64,000 nt of DNA. Source: Candidatus Enterousia sp. (GTDB lineage: Bacteria > Pseudomonadota > Alphaproteobacteria > Rs-D84). Location of the stretch: contig JAZRJG010000021.1 of assembly GCA_045645725.1 (NCBI GenBank), positions 965 through 64,964 of the forward strand. Direction: 5' to 3'. Below the pieces are notes generated by a model that saw only the letters and a list, made by a program, of their open reading frames with translations, searched no databases and had not been told where the DNA came from. Positions 17,859-27,954 of this stretch are shown here, one piece after another. Position numbers and translations under genes: made by a program. Numbering within the stretch: the first letter of the stretch is position 1; each line of letters starts with the position of its first letter.

Positions 17859-19157
17859 ATGTTCCGCAAATTTTTGATTGCTGCGATGTTCGCAACCGCT
17901 GCTGGGTACTGTTTTGCATCGGATGATGCACCTCAGGCCGTTACGTCACAGGTTTATTATGATCAAGAAAAATACATTGATGAAATCGTAGATGTTCAAA
18001 CGGAACCTATTAACCGTGCGTCGTTCAAAATGGCGCGTGATATACCGGCGTGGCCATTGGTTGGTTCGGATGCCGATGTAGAGGTTGGCTGTAAAGATGG
18101 TTTGTGTTCAAAAAAATCAATGGATGATTCTGTGCGTGTTGTGACAAAAGTTGGTCCGGATTTGGTCGTTGAAAATAATTTTAATTTGGGTACACGTGGT
18201 CAATTCTTGGGCTGGTCGGGTGGTGCAAATATGTTACACGGAAATCAGATTCCGGTTGGTTTTGATGATGAGTGTGCCAATAATTCTGAAATGCCATTGT
18301 TGCATCGTGAAGTTTTGGAAGACGATGGGGGCAGTGTTTTGGCCGTTTCGCGTGGTGGACGTAAAAACTGTGGTCGCTATGCCGATACGTACGAAGGTTT
18401 TGCCGCCAGAAATAATATGAAGGTTTCTGGTGTTACAGCCGATGGTAAAAATGTTACAACCGTTGCAAAAGTGTCGGTTGGTTCGTTGCAACAGGATATG
18501 GGTGGTAACAAGGTCGTTGCATTGGATGCGGGTATGGGTGATATGTTTGTTGTAGCCGAAAATGCTGGTCGTGTTGTCGAAGATGAAAATGGTAATCGTG
18601 CGGTTGCGGTGCGTGATCAAAACGGTGAAATGATGGTTGTGCCATCTGATGTTGGTCAGGTAATAGAAGACGCAATGGGTGAAACAATGGTGGCGATTTC
18701 GGACAAAAATGGTCAAACCGTCGTTGTGTCTGAAAAAAGCGGTATGATTGTAGAGGATATGGCCGGAAATCGTGCGGTTGCGTTCCGTGCAGATAATGGT
18801 GATGTTGTGGTTGTGACCGAAGAAACGGTTGTTACAACCGAAGAAACAATGGTTGCGGTTAATGAATCTGCAGATGCCGAAGCGCCGGTTAAGGCGGTTG
18901 ACCAAGTTCGTTCTTGGGTGGTTGCAAATGGTCAAACATTGCGTGAAGTATTGCAATCTTGGTGTGATAAAGAAGGTTGGGATTTGGTTTGGACAACTGC
19001 ACGTGAATATCCAATAGAAGCCAGTGCTGTTTTCAAAGGTCGTTTTGTTGATGTTGCGTCGGCTTTGGTTCGTAACTTTGGTCGTGCGACACCAATCCCA
19101 TATGCAAAATTCTATAAAGGTAATAGAGTATTGGTGATTTCAACCACAGAAGAATAA
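17859..19157 (+). CDS. secreted protein with a TcpQ-like C-terminal domain (PilL/TcpQ family, type IVb pilus secretin partner)
   Basis: A signal peptide is present. The central ~40-aa repeats read VVEDENGNRAVAVRDQNGEMMVV / VIEDAMGETMVAISDKNGQTVVV / IVEDMAGNRAVAFRADNGDVVVV. The C-terminal ...GQTLREVLQSWCDKEGWDLVW...YPIEASAVFKGRFVDVASALVRNF resembles the TcpQ C-terminal domain. Confidence 0.6.
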   Translation: MFRKFLIAAMFATAAGYCFASDDAPQAVTSQVYYDQEKYIDEIVDVQTEPINRASFKMARDIPAWPLVGSDADVEVGCKDGLCSKKSMDDSVRVVTKVGPDLVVENNFNLGTRGQFLGWSGGANMLHGNQIPVGFDDECANNSEMPLLHREVLEDDGGSVLAVSRGGRKNCGRYADTYEGFAARNNMKVSGVTADGKNVTTVAKVSVGSLQQDMGGNKVVALDAGMGDMFVVAENAGRVVEDENGNRAVAVRDQNGEMMVVPSDVGQVIEDAMGETMVAISDKNGQTVVVSEKSGMIVEDMAGNRAVAFRADNGDVVVVTEETVVTTEETMVAVNESADAEAPVKAVDQVRSWVVANGQTLREVLQSWCDKEGWDLVWTTAREYPIEASAVFKGRFVDVASALVRNFGRATPIPYAKFYKGNRVLVISTTEE

Positions 19158-19188
19158 TTCGTTGTTCAGATGCCGTAGGAGAAAATAG

Positions 19189-20817
19189 ATGAAAAAAATG
19201 TTGAAACGTGTTGTTATGGGTGCTTTGGTCGTGGCGTGCGTTGCAGGTTGTGCAAAGCGTGAATCGGCCCAAGTGGCGGCATCTGTTGACCAAGATTTTA
19301 TTAATGCATATGATGCATTTGAAATGGCGAAAAATCCGCGCGCCAAAGTGGCCAGTGGTGATACCGTTTCTATGTCCGAAGGTGTGTGGTTGGGAAATAA
19401 ATCTGTTGTTTTGGAACACAGAAATAATTTGCCGGCAAAATTTGAATCCGATACGGGTGTTACTATCTTGTTGAACGAACCGGTTTCTTTACAGGTTTTG
19501 GCAAATGATATTTATTCTATTACCGGTATCCCCGTTAAAATAGACAGTCAAGTTGCTGCAGATAAATTAAGAAAGTTGGTTAATGTTGCATATACGGGTA
19601 AGTTGTCCGGATTGTTATCTCAGGTTGCGACGGATTTAGATTTGTTGTGGTATTATGATAAAAATTCAATTGTATTCTATGAAACAGAGACGCGTACATT
19701 TACATTGTATGCATTGGGGACCGAAGTGGCATATCAGACGTCGGTTTCAACAGACGATGCAAATGAAGTATCGTTGGCGTCTACTTTGAAAGAATGGGAT
19801 GAAGTAGAAAGCGCAATTTCATCTATTATTGGTAACAGCAGTAATGCGGACTTTACCGTTTCGCGCAGTTTGGGGACGATTACTGTTACAGCATCGCCTT
19901 CGATTTTGTCGCGTGTTGGGGAATATATTGAACGTCAAAATAAACGTTTAAGTCAATTGATTACAATTGATGTAAAGGTTTTACAGGTAACTATTTCAAA
20001 TGATTCTGCGTTTGGTTTGAATTTGGCGGCGGCAATTAATTCAACGTCTGGTTTGAATATTGTTGCGAATCCAAAAAATAATTTGGCATCAACCGAAGCC
20101 AGTTCTATGAATATTGCGGTGTTGTCTAATACTGTTTCGGCATTGACGGGTGCAACACATATGGAAAATGGCAGTTTGGCCGAAGGCGCATATACAAACG
20201 ATCAGATTATGAACGGTTCCTTGGCGGGTGCCGCGGGCAGTAATGCTTTGATAGAAGCATTGGCAAAGCAGGGTAAAGTATCTTTGGTTACAAATGTTGG
20301 TGTAACAACGCGTTCAAATCGTGTTGCACCAGTTAGCAATACGCGTACAACGGGGTATATCAAACGCTTTGAATCACGTAACTTTACAACGGTTGAATCC
20401 AGTACGGTTGACCAAGATGATTTGGAAACGGGCTTTACAATGCAGTTGTTGCCAAATGTCTTGGACAACGGTAAGATTTTATTGTTGTTCCGTATGTCGG
20501 TGCGTGAATTGTTGCGTATGTCGACCCAGACAATTGGTGAAGTAACATTGCAATTGCCCGAAGTAGAAGAACGCAGTTTCATGCAAGAAGTTATTATGGA
20601 ATCGGGACAAATGTTGGTCGTTTCCGGCTTTGAAAAACAGACCAGTGAAGATACACGTTATGGTTTGGGTGATCCGGACTTTATGGCATTGTCTGGTTCA
20701 CGTGAAACATCGGCCACCCGTGAAGTATTGGTTGTTATTTTGACGCCACAGGTATTGGTAAGTCCGATGGATGTTGAACGTAGTATTCAGCAGCACTGGG
20801 GTGCACCACTAAATTAA
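19189..20817 (+). CDS. lipoprotein secretin of the BfpB/TcpC/PilN (type IVb pilus/T2SS-like) family
   Basis: The RBS is GTAGGAGAAAATAGATG. The lipobox is VAGC. A secretin-type block reads ...QLITIDVKVLQVTISNDSAFGLNL... The C-terminal ...TREVLVVILTPQVLVSP is present. The product is 542 aa. Confidence 0.65.
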   Translation: MKKMLKRVVMGALVVACVAGCAKRESAQVAASVDQDFINAYDAFEMAKNPRAKVASGDTVSMSEGVWLGNKSVVLEHRNNLPAKFESDTGVTILLNEPVSLQVLANDIYSITGIPVKIDSQVAADKLRKLVNVAYTGKLSGLLSQVATDLDLLWYYDKNSIVFYETETRTFTLYALGTEVAYQTSVSTDDANEVSLASTLKEWDEVESAISSIIGNSSNADFTVSRSLGTITVTASPSILSRVGEYIERQNKRLSQLITIDVKVLQVTISNDSAFGLNLAAAINSTSGLNIVANPKNNLASTEASSMNIAVLSNTVSALTGATHMENGSLAEGAYTNDQIMNGSLAGAAGSNALIEALAKQGKVSLVTNVGVTTRSNRVAPVSNTRTTGYIKRFESRNFTTVESSTVDQDDLETGFTMQLLPNVLDNGKILLLFRMSVRELLRMSTQTIGEVTLQLPEVEERSFMQEVIMESGQMLVVSGFEKQTSEDTRYGLGDPDFMALSGSRETSATREVLVVILTPQVLVSPMDVERSIQQHWGAPLN

Positions 20818-20845
20818 ATCTAATAATTTATCTAAAAGCGAAAAC

Positions 20846-20935
20846 ACCGGCTCATGTAACTTCTGTACACTACGCCGGTGTTTTCACTTTTATCTAAATC
20901 ATTATCTTTAATTTATTACCCCACTAGGGGGGCGT
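20846..20935. repeat. REP-like intergenic hairpin element (copy X) at the secretin 3' end
   Basis: An 11-bp stem (aaaacaccggc/gccggtgtttt) encloses the conserved core gtaacttctgtacactacg. About 25 nt downstream lies the conserved ccattatctttaatttatta plus ccccactagggggg. The same cores recur at 35921-36100. Confidence 0.7.
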
Positions 20936-21045
20936 ATGGCGGTGGCGCGGTTGCGACAGGTGGTTTGTTTGGTACGGGCAAAGGTACAAATGGTGGTGCC
21001 GTTAACAGCAGTAGTGTTAGTTATATAAAAATTTACAGATTTGAA

Positions 21046-21075
21046 TAAAAAAATCCCCGTTTTGGGGATTTTTTA
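21046..21075. terminator. rho-independent terminator for parE, bidirectional
   Basis: The stem is aaatcccc/ggggattt with loop gtttt and flanking A/T runs. Confidence 0.7.
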
Positions 21076-23052
21076 TACGAATAAATCTTTTACAAATTGG
21101 GCGTGTTCCGTTATAAATTTGAAACGGAATTCAGGTTTTTTACCCATTAATTCGGAAACGATTGTACGTGTTTTTTCTGTGTCTTCGGCACCTTCTTCGG
21201 TGCGTGGTGGCAGGTCAACGCGTATCAAGCGGCGTGTCTTTGGTGACATTGTTGTTTCTTTTAATTGGTTTGGCATCATTTCGCCCAAACCTTTGAATCG
21301 TGAGATTTCGACACGTTTGTTTTTATATTTTGTTGCTTTCAGATTTTCCAATTCTTCATCTGTATCAACATAAATTGATTCTGTGCCGCATGTCAATTTG
21401 TATAATGGGGGGCATGATAAATATAAATGACCGCCGTAAATTAATTGTGGCATATATTGGTAAAAGAACGCCATTAATAATGATGCGATGTGACTGCCGT
21501 CTACGTCGGCATCGGTCATGATAATGATTTTTTCATAGCGTAATTTATCTTCGTTCCAATCTTTTGCGGTACCTGCACCAATGATATCGATTAAGTCGTT
21601 TAATTCTTTATTTGCGCCAAAACGTTCGTCGGAATTTGATATAACATTCAAAACTTTACCGCGCAGGGGCATAATCGCTTGGGTTGCACGATCGCGCGCC
21701 TGTTTTGCGGTACCGCCCGCCGATTCACCTTCGACGATAAATAATTCTGTACCTGCAATGCCGTGTTTTGAACAGTCCGCCAATTTTGCCGGCATACGAA
21801 TGCGTTTGGTTGGGGTTTTACGTGCAACGTCTTTGACCGCTTTGGTTTTTATGCGTGCATTTGCCAAATTGATTACAAATTCCAATAACGCGTTTGCGGT
21901 TTTTGGGTCGGATGCCAAAAACATTTCCCATGGGTCACGTAATGCGTTTTCTGTGAAACGGGCAACTTCGGGGTTGGATAATTTTTCTTTGGTTTGTCCC
22001 AAGAATTGCGGAGTTTTATAAAAAACAGATACAATCGCAGCAACAGAATCAAAAACGTCTTCGCCGATAATTGTTGCGGCGGCTTTATTATTTACTTTTT
22101 CGCCATATGCTTTGATGCCTTTGGTAATTGCGGATTTGAATCCGGTTTCGTGTGTGCCACCGTCAATCGTTGCAATTGTATTACAATAAGATGAGAAGAA
22201 TCCGTCGTCCGATGCCGCGCCGTTTTCGTCGGTTAAAAATGTTAATGCCCATTCTATGCGACCACAATCGTCGGGAAAATCGACCGAGCCACTGAAAATA
22301 CGTGGCAAAATGCGCGGTTTGGTATCCGTTTTTTCGGCCAGAAAGTCCGCAACACCATTTGGATAAAAGAATGTTGTCGTGGCCGGTATATTCATATCTT
22401 CGGTTAATAAATCCGGATTGCAATGCCAATCAATTTTTACACCACGTGATAAAAATGCTTTGGCGCGTGCCATACGATAAATTTTTATTGGCTTAAATGT
22501 TGCGTTTGCACCAAAAATATTGTCGTCAATTGTAAAACGGATTTTTGTACCGTGGGCTTTGGTTGCGTCACCGCGTGTCATAGGTGATGTTGTTATCCCA
22601 CGTGAAAAGGTTTGATGCCAATTGTATCCGTCGCGTGCAATATCTACAATCATTTCCGATGATAATGCGTTTACAACCGCCGAGCCAACACCATGCAGAC
22701 CACCACTGGTTTTATAAACGTTATTGTTAAATTTACCGCCCGAATGCAGTGTTGTTAATATGACCTCTAATGCGGATTTGCCGGGGTACTTTGGGTGTTC
22801 GTCAACCGGAATTCCGCGGCCGTCGTCGGTAATTTCAATTGTTTTAGAATCAATTAAGCGAACCGTAATTTTTTTTGCAAAACCTGCAACCGCTTCGTCA
22901 ATTGAATTGTCCATAATTTCAATTGGCAAATGGTGCCATGCTTTTTCATCTGTGCCGCCAATGTACATGCCGGGGCGCAGGCGAACCGGTTCCAGACCTT
23001 CTAAGACCTGAATATCTGATGCGTCGTATGTTTGTGTCTTTTTCTCTGTCAT
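21073..23052 (-). CDS. parE: type IIA topoisomerase B subunit, most consistent with topoisomerase IV subunit B (ParE) by length
   Basis: The 659-aa product has the GHKL ATPase N-terminal (LEGLEPVRLRPGMYIGGT...HHLPIEIMDNSIDEA). The Toprim region reads ...ELFIVEGESAGG...IIMTDADVDGSHI. It lacks the ~170-aa GyrB insertion. Confidence 0.75.
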   Translation of the reverse strand: MTEKKTQTYDASDIQVLEGLEPVRLRPGMYIGGTDEKAWHHLPIEIMDNSIDEAVAGFAKKITVRLIDSKTIEITDDGRGIPVDEHPKYPGKSALEVILTTLHSGGKFNNNVYKTSGGLHGVGSAVVNALSSEMIVDIARDGYNWHQTFSRGITTSPMTRGDATKAHGTKIRFTIDDNIFGANATFKPIKIYRMARAKAFLSRGVKIDWHCNPDLLTEDMNIPATTTFFYPNGVADFLAEKTDTKPRILPRIFSGSVDFPDDCGRIEWALTFLTDENGAASDDGFFSSYCNTIATIDGGTHETGFKSAITKGIKAYGEKVNNKAAATIIGEDVFDSVAAIVSVFYKTPQFLGQTKEKLSNPEVARFTENALRDPWEMFLASDPKTANALLEFVINLANARIKTKAVKDVARKTPTKRIRMPAKLADCSKHGIAGTELFIVEGESAGGTAKQARDRATQAIMPLRGKVLNVISNSDERFGANKELNDLIDIIGAGTAKDWNEDKLRYEKIIIMTDADVDGSHIASLLMAFFYQYMPQLIYGGHLYLSCPPLYKLTCGTESIYVDTDEELENLKATKYKNKRVEISRFKGLGEMMPNQLKETTMSPKTRRLIRVDLPPRTEEGAEDTEKTRTIVSELMGKKPEFRFKFITEHAQFVKDLFV

Positions 23053-23185
23053 AATGCCATATTATTAAAACATTTTTCAATTTTTGGCAAGTATAAAGAA
23101 TTTTGGCCTAATTTTAATTTTGGGGTTGAATTTTTTTGGGGGCTTATTTATATATCAATTAACCGAAAACAGATGGAAGAATAAA

Positions 23186-24316
23186 ATGAATAAAAATCCG
23201 TATGAAGTGCTGGGGGTTGCACGCGATGCATCCGATGCAGATATTAAAAAAGCATATCATAAATTGGTGATGAAATATCATCCGGAGAGAAATCCGGATA
23301 ATAAAGATGCAGAAGAAAAGTTCAAAGAAGTTAATAATGCATTTGATATCTTAAAGGACCCACAAAAACGCGCTGCATATGATCGTTTTGGTGATGCTGC
23401 GTTTGCCGGTGGTAATGGGGCCGGTGCGGGTTTTGGTGGAAATCCATTTGGTGATGGTGCGTTCCACTTTAATATGGGTGGCGGCGGCGGTATGGAAGAT
23501 ATTCTGCGTGAGGCAATGCGTGGATTTGGCTTTGGTGATTTTGGCGGTGGGGCCGGTGGGCGCGGTGCATCACAGCGTGGCGGACGTGATTTGTTGGACG
23601 AAGTTGTGATTGATTTGAAAGACGCTTATTTCGGTAAAACACATACGGTTAAATTTTCCAGTAATGTCGCATGCGAAAAATGTCACGGATATGGTACGGC
23701 GGATGGCAAACCGGCACCGGTTTGTGAACGTTGTCGTGGAACGGGCTTTGTGCATGCGCGCCAAGGTTTCTTTGCGATGGAACAACCTTGTCCGGAATGT
23801 AATGGTTTGGGACATAAGATTTCAAATAAATGTAAAGATTGTGACGGGACGGGTACAATCAATAAACAACGTACATTAGAGGTAAAAATTCCCGCCGGTA
23901 TAGAAGATGGTGCACGTTTGCGTTTGGCCGGTCAAGGCGAAGCAGGTGCAAATGGTGGGCCTGCGGGTGATTTCTATGTTGATGTGCATGTTCGTCCCGA
24001 TAACAGGTTTGAGCGTCGTGGTAATGATTTGGTGATGCGTGTAGATGTGCCGTTTACAACATTGGCGTTGGGTGGTGAAATAGAAATTGAAACAATTGAT
24101 GATAAAAAATTGGATGTAAAAGTTCCGGCCGGAACCCAAGTTGGTGAAAAACTGCGTGTGCGTGGGCACGGTATGCCATCGGTTCGTCGCAGTGGTACGT
24201 TTGGCGATTTGTATATAGACGTTGCAATACAGATTCCAACCAAATTGACCGATAAACAAAAGAAGTTATTAAACGAATTTGCAGAAACCAAAAAAGAGAA
24301 AAAAGGTTGGTTCTGA
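23186..24316 (+). CDS. dnaJ: chaperone DnaJ
   Basis: The J-domain is [35 protein letters not shown] Gly/Phe-rich linker is present. Four CxxCxGxG zinc-finger repeats are present. The internal ATG at 23186 is chosen with RBS GGAAGA. No adjacent dnaK. Confidence 0.9.
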   Translation: MNKNPYEVLGVARDASDADIKKAYHKLVMKYHPERNPDNKDAEEKFKEVNNAFDILKDPQKRAAYDRFGDAAFAGGNGAGAGFGGNPFGDGAFHFNMGGGGGMEDILREAMRGFGFGDFGGGAGGRGASQRGGRDLLDEVVIDLKDAYFGKTHTVKFSSNVACEKCHGYGTADGKPAPVCERCRGTGFVHARQGFFAMEQPCPECNGLGHKISNKCKDCDGTGTINKQRTLEVKIPAGIEDGARLRLAGQGEAGANGGPAGDFYVDVHVRPDNRFERRGNDLVMRVDVPFTTLALGGEIEIETIDDKKLDVKVPAGTQVGEKLRVRGHGMPSVRRSGTFGDLYIDVAIQIPTKLTDKQKKLLNEFAETKKEKKGWF

Positions 24317-24324
24317 TAAATATA

Positions 24325-24349
24325 AAAACCGGCAAATATGCCGGTTTTT
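24325..24349. terminator. rho-independent terminator after dnaJ
   Basis: The stem is aaaaccggc/gccggtttt with loop aaatat, followed by a T5 run. Confidence 0.7.
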
Positions 24350-24366
24350 ATGCGTATAGAGCATTT

Positions 24367-24966
24367 TTACTTTATCTTTTTTAAGTGGCCCAAAAATGTC
24401 ATTGTGTATTGTGCCGCAGACCATATTGATGCAATCAATGCCAACCATAATCCCCATATACCAATATTTGGTAAAATGTAAATCATTACCATTAAAAATT
24501 GGCTGTCACTTGTTGGGGTGATTAATGTTGCAATTGCAAAAATTAACAACAGTGCGCCAATCGCAATCATTTGTAATGTGGTTTTAATTTTACCCATAGA
24601 AAAGCGGGCTTTTGGAACAGGCATTTCTATTTTTTGTGTGCCCAGAAATTCGCGTAATCCGGAAATATATAATTCGCGTGCAATCATAATGATGATTGGA
24701 ATGATTATGAACCAAGTGGGCATTAAAATCGCCAACATAATCATAGTATTAACGACCAATAGTTTATCGCCAATATGGTCCATAACACCGCCAATTTTGC
24801 TGCATACATTGTATTTGCGTGCCAGATAGCCGTCAAACCAATCGGATGCCGCCGCCAAGGCGTATAGAATAAATGTAGTCCATGGCATGTGTAGCATCAG
24901 TGTTGGGATAATCGCAAAAGCCGCTGCAATGCGAAATGCGGATAAAAAGTTTACAAAGAATTTCAT
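24367..24966 (-). CDS. pgsA: CDP-diacylglycerol--glycerol-3-phosphate 3-phosphatidyltransferase (CDP-alcohol phosphatidyltransferase family)
   Basis: The CDP-OH transferase motif is ...ASDWFDGYLARKYNVCSKIGGVMDHIGDKLLV. The start is the internal ATG at 24966, preceded by AAGGAGAAACA. The product is 199 aa. Confidence 0.8.
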   Translation of the reverse strand: MKFFVNFLSAFRIAAAFAIIPTLMLHMPWTTFILYALAAASDWFDGYLARKYNVCSKIGGVMDHIGDKLLVVNTMIMLAILMPTWFIIIPIIIMIARELYISGLREFLGTQKIEMPVPKARFSMGKIKTTLQMIAIGALLLIFAIATLITPTSDSQFLMVMIYILPNIGIWGLWLALIASIWSAAQYTMTFLGHLKKIK

Positions 24967-24997
24967 TGTTTCTCCTTTTGTTGTTTTGATGGTGTAA

Positions 24998-26425
24998 TTA
25001 TACCATTTCTGAATGAAAATGGGCATATATTTTTTCTGCGGCATTTTTCCCAAGACCAGGAACGTGTTTTAATGCGTTTATGTCGGCATCTATAATTGCG
25101 CGAACGGAACCAAAGTGTTGTAACAGGGCGCGTTTGCGTGTCGGGCCAATGCCGTCTATTTCGTCCAGAACGGATGCGGTCATTTGTTTTGCGCGTACAT
25201 TGCGGTGGTATGTGATTACGAATCTGTGTGCTTCATCACGTACAGTGCGCAGCATTAAAAACAGCGGGCTGTCCTTTGGCAGGTCGTGTGAGATTTTTCC
25301 ATCGGGTAATATAAAATGTTCATCGCCGTCGCGTACTTCGCCTTTGGTTACGCCCATAACCGGAATTCCATTTGCAGCACGATTTGCGATGTTCCATTGC
25401 GCAGGTCCGCCATCGACAATTATTAAGTCGGGGGTGGGGGTGTGTTCAATTGCACGGCGTACAAATTCGGACATCATTGCAATGTCGTTTCCGGTGCGTG
25501 ATTTATCGCGCAGTTTGAAATGTCTGTAGCCCGATTTATCAAAGCCGTTATGGCCAAAGGTTATCATTGCGCCGACGGGCTGTTTGCCGAACAGATGTGA
25601 ATTATCAAAAACGGCCGCGGTATTTATTTTTATGCCCAGCCAATTTTCCAATTCTGATACGTTTTTATCCCAATTCAAATTTGGTGTATACGTTGATTTC
25701 CGCTGTATACCACGATTTGATGTGTGTGTTAATGCGGCGATTTTGTCGCGAATAATTGCGGCGGATTCAAAGTCCATTTTTGCAGAAAATGTTTTCATTT
25801 GTTGTGTTAAATCTGCGATAATAGGTGCGCTGTCTCCGGTTAATATTTTTCGCGCTGTACGCACGTTTTCTGCGTATTTTTCATTGTTTGGAAAACAGCA
25901 TGGTGCGCAGCATCGGCCAATTTGATGTAATAAGCATGGGCGTGCGCGGTTGCGCATTTGCGTGTCTGTGCATGTGCGGATTTGGCATACGCGTTGAATT
26001 GTTTTGATTGTTTCGTTTAATGCAGAAACAGATGGGTAGGGACCGTATACGTCGCGACGCTGTGATATTTTTCCGCGAAATTTTAACAGACGTGGAAAGT
26101 CGCCGGTTGTTAAGGCCAGCATAGGGTACATTTTCCCGTCGGTCAGCATTATATTGTATTTTGGTTTTTGCGTTTTGATTAATTCTTGTTCGCGCAGTAA
26201 TGCGTCCGATTCGGTTGCAACGGTTTCCCATTCAACGCGCGTGACCAAAGAACGCATAACTTGTTTGTGCAATTCTAATTTTGATATGTCTGTATATTGG
26301 CGCAGACGATTGGATAAATTTTTTGCTTTGCCCACGTACAGCAGGTTGCCGTCGGTGTCGTACATTTTATAGACCCCAGGGGCGGCAGGTGCGTTTTCTA
26401 TTAAATCAGAAAATTGAAAATTCAT
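24998..26425 (-). CDS. uvrC: excinuclease ABC subunit C (short UvrC)
   Basis: The GIY-YIG N-terminal is PGVYKMYDTDGNLLYVGKAKNLSNRLRQY. A UvrB-interacting region is present. An RNaseH-like endonuclease domain is present. The C-terminal HhH is GIGPTRKRALLQHFGSVRAIIDA...VPGLG. The internal ATG at 26425 is chosen. Confidence 0.8.
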   Translation of the reverse strand: MNFQFSDLIENAPAAPGVYKMYDTDGNLLYVGKAKNLSNRLRQYTDISKLELHKQVMRSLVTRVEWETVATESDALLREQELIKTQKPKYNIMLTDGKMYPMLALTTGDFPRLLKFRGKISQRRDVYGPYPSVSALNETIKTIQRVCQIRTCTDTQMRNRARPCLLHQIGRCCAPCCFPNNEKYAENVRTARKILTGDSAPIIADLTQQMKTFSAKMDFESAAIIRDKIAALTHTSNRGIQRKSTYTPNLNWDKNVSELENWLGIKINTAAVFDNSHLFGKQPVGAMITFGHNGFDKSGYRHFKLRDKSRTGNDIAMMSEFVRRAIEHTPTPDLIIVDGGPAQWNIANRAANGIPVMGVTKGEVRDGDEHFILPDGKISHDLPKDSPLFLMLRTVRDEAHRFVITYHRNVRAKQMTASVLDEIDGIGPTRKRALLQHFGSVRAIIDADINALKHVPGLGKNAAEKIYAHFHSEMV

Positions 26426-26483
26426 AATTGTTATGGTATAATAATAAATATCAAATAGCAAATAATAGCAAGTGAGGATGCAA

Positions 26484-26948
26484 ATGACACATGAATCAGG
26501 ACGTTCTATGATAGAAATGTTGGGTGTGTTGGCCATTATGGGGGTCATCACTGTGGGGGCAATTGGTATGATTTCGGCGGCAATGAGAACACAAAAATTG
26601 ACCGCAATTAATGATGAAGTTGTTCAGATGGTGACTATGGTACGTAATCTGCACGGCGAATATGATGATTTTTCAAATATGGATGGAAATACAATATTTA
26701 ATGCAATTGGTATGTCGAATAAGCATCCATATGGCGGTACGTATGAATTGTATGTCAATCCCGCAAATTCGCGTCAGTTTATTGTTGGTATTAATGGGCT
26801 GGATCGTTCGGAATGCGAAGCTTTGGTGGCCAAAGCGTGGTCTGATTCTGTGGGCTATATTGAATCCGAAGGTAAAAATGGTGGCGCAACCGGTAATTGT
26901 GTCGGGGTAAATGGGACTAATTCGGTTCAGATTATTTATGGCGAATAG
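26484..26948 (+). CDS. type IV pilin-like protein with an N-terminal prepilin cleavage/methylation domain
   Basis: The leader is MTHESG. The mature N-terminus RSMIEMLGVLAIMGVITVGAIGMI has Glu at +5. A C-terminal Cys pair (ECEALVAK...GNCVG) could form a D-region disulfide. The RBS is GAGG. It is divergent from uvrC. Confidence 0.65.
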   Translation: MTHESGRSMIEMLGVLAIMGVITVGAIGMISAAMRTQKLTAINDEVVQMVTMVRNLHGEYDDFSNMDGNTIFNAIGMSNKHPYGGTYELYVNPANSRQFIVGINGLDRSECEALVAKAWSDSVGYIESEGKNGGATGNCVGVNGTNSVQIIYGE

Positions 26949-26982
26949 TCGTTTAAACTGATGGGCCAAGTGGGGGTTCGCT

Positions 26983-27954
26983 ATGGCAGATTTTGTTGAA
27001 GTTTCCAAGGTTGATGACGGTACGCGTTTGTTGCGTTGGTTTTTACGTATGTACCCATCTATGCCCCAGCGTGAGTTTTATAAATTATGTCGTGGCGGTC
27101 AGATACGCGTGAATTCTAAGCGTGTTCGGGGGACCGAAATTTTGCGTGATGGTGACGCAATACGTATTCCGCCAACAATTGCGCAATATGCAAATGTGCG
27201 GGTAAAGAAAACCGAAGACGGAAATGCATTTTCTTTGTCGGATTTAGAGAGTTTAAGAAAGTGTATTATCTATAATGATGAAGATGTTGTTGTTTTTAAC
27301 AAACCGGCGGGTTTGGCGGTTCAGGGCGGCACGGGTATCAGAAAGTCCGTAGATAAAATGGCGGCCGCTATGTTTCCGTATGATAAAATTGCATTGGTGC
27401 ATCGCTTGGACAGGGAAACCAGTGGATTGTTGGTTGTTGCAAAAAATCATAAAGCAGCACAATCTTTGACCGCGCAATTCCAAGCAAAGACCGCACACAA
27501 AGAATATTTGGCTTTGTTACATGGTGATGTCAGTCCGCGTCACGGTGTAATTGATAACTTTGTCATAAAGGGTCAGGTGATGGATGCGCCAACCCGATTG
27601 AATGATGGGACGGGACCCAGACCGCAACGTGCGATAACAGAATATTCTGTGTTGGCCAATGCGGCGGGGTGTGTGTCATGGGTTCAGTTTTCGCCAAAAA
27701 CGGGTCGTACACATCAATTGCGTTTACATAGTGCGTTTTCATTAAATGCGCCGATTGTTGGTGATGCGTTGTATGGTGGTCGTGTGCCTGCGGATGGGCC
27801 GATGGGCGCGATGTTAGAAACGAATAATTTATTTTTGTTTGCGTATAAATTAACTTTTCAGCACCCGTCCAATGGACGTATGTTGACTTTGCGTGCGACT
27901 GTGCCGGATTTTATGGTGCCGGTTATGCGGTTGTTGGAATTTAATTTGCCATGA
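26983..27954 (+). CDS. rluC: RluA-family 23S rRNA pseudouridine synthase (RluC/RluD-like)
   Basis: An N-terminal S4-like domain is present. The catalytic block reads ...FNKPAGLAVQGG...HRLDRETSGLLVVAKNHKAAQSL...EYLALLHG. The product is 323 aa. Confidence 0.8.
   Translation: MADFVEVSKVDDGTRLLRWFLRMYPSMPQREFYKLCRGGQIRVNSKRVRGTEILRDGDAIRIPPTIAQYANVRVKKTEDGNAFSLSDLESLRKCIIYNDEDVVVFNKPAGLAVQGGTGIRKSVDKMAAAMFPYDKIALVHRLDRETSGLLVVAKNHKAAQSLTAQFQAKTAHKEYLALLHGDVSPRHGVIDNFVIKGQVMDAPTRLNDGTGPRPQRAITEYSVLANAAGCVSWVQFSPKTGRTHQLRLHSAFSLNAPIVGDALYGGRVPADGPMGAMLETNNLFLFAYKLTFQHPSNGRMLTLRATVPDFMVPVMRLLEFNLP

Noticed and set aside
18234-18956. 240-aa minus-strand ORF
   Set aside because: It is antisense to the TcpQ-like gene repeats. 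It is His/Asn/Arg-rich low-complexity and has no RBS.
20860-21032. Gly-rich reading frame (...YGGGAVATGGLFGTGKGTNGGAVNSSSVSYIKIYRFE) after the secretin gene
   Set aside because: It has no ATG and no RBS; the only possible start is an unsupported GTG. It overlaps the hairpin repeat element. It could be a gene fragment or remnant, but the evidence is insufficient to call a feature.
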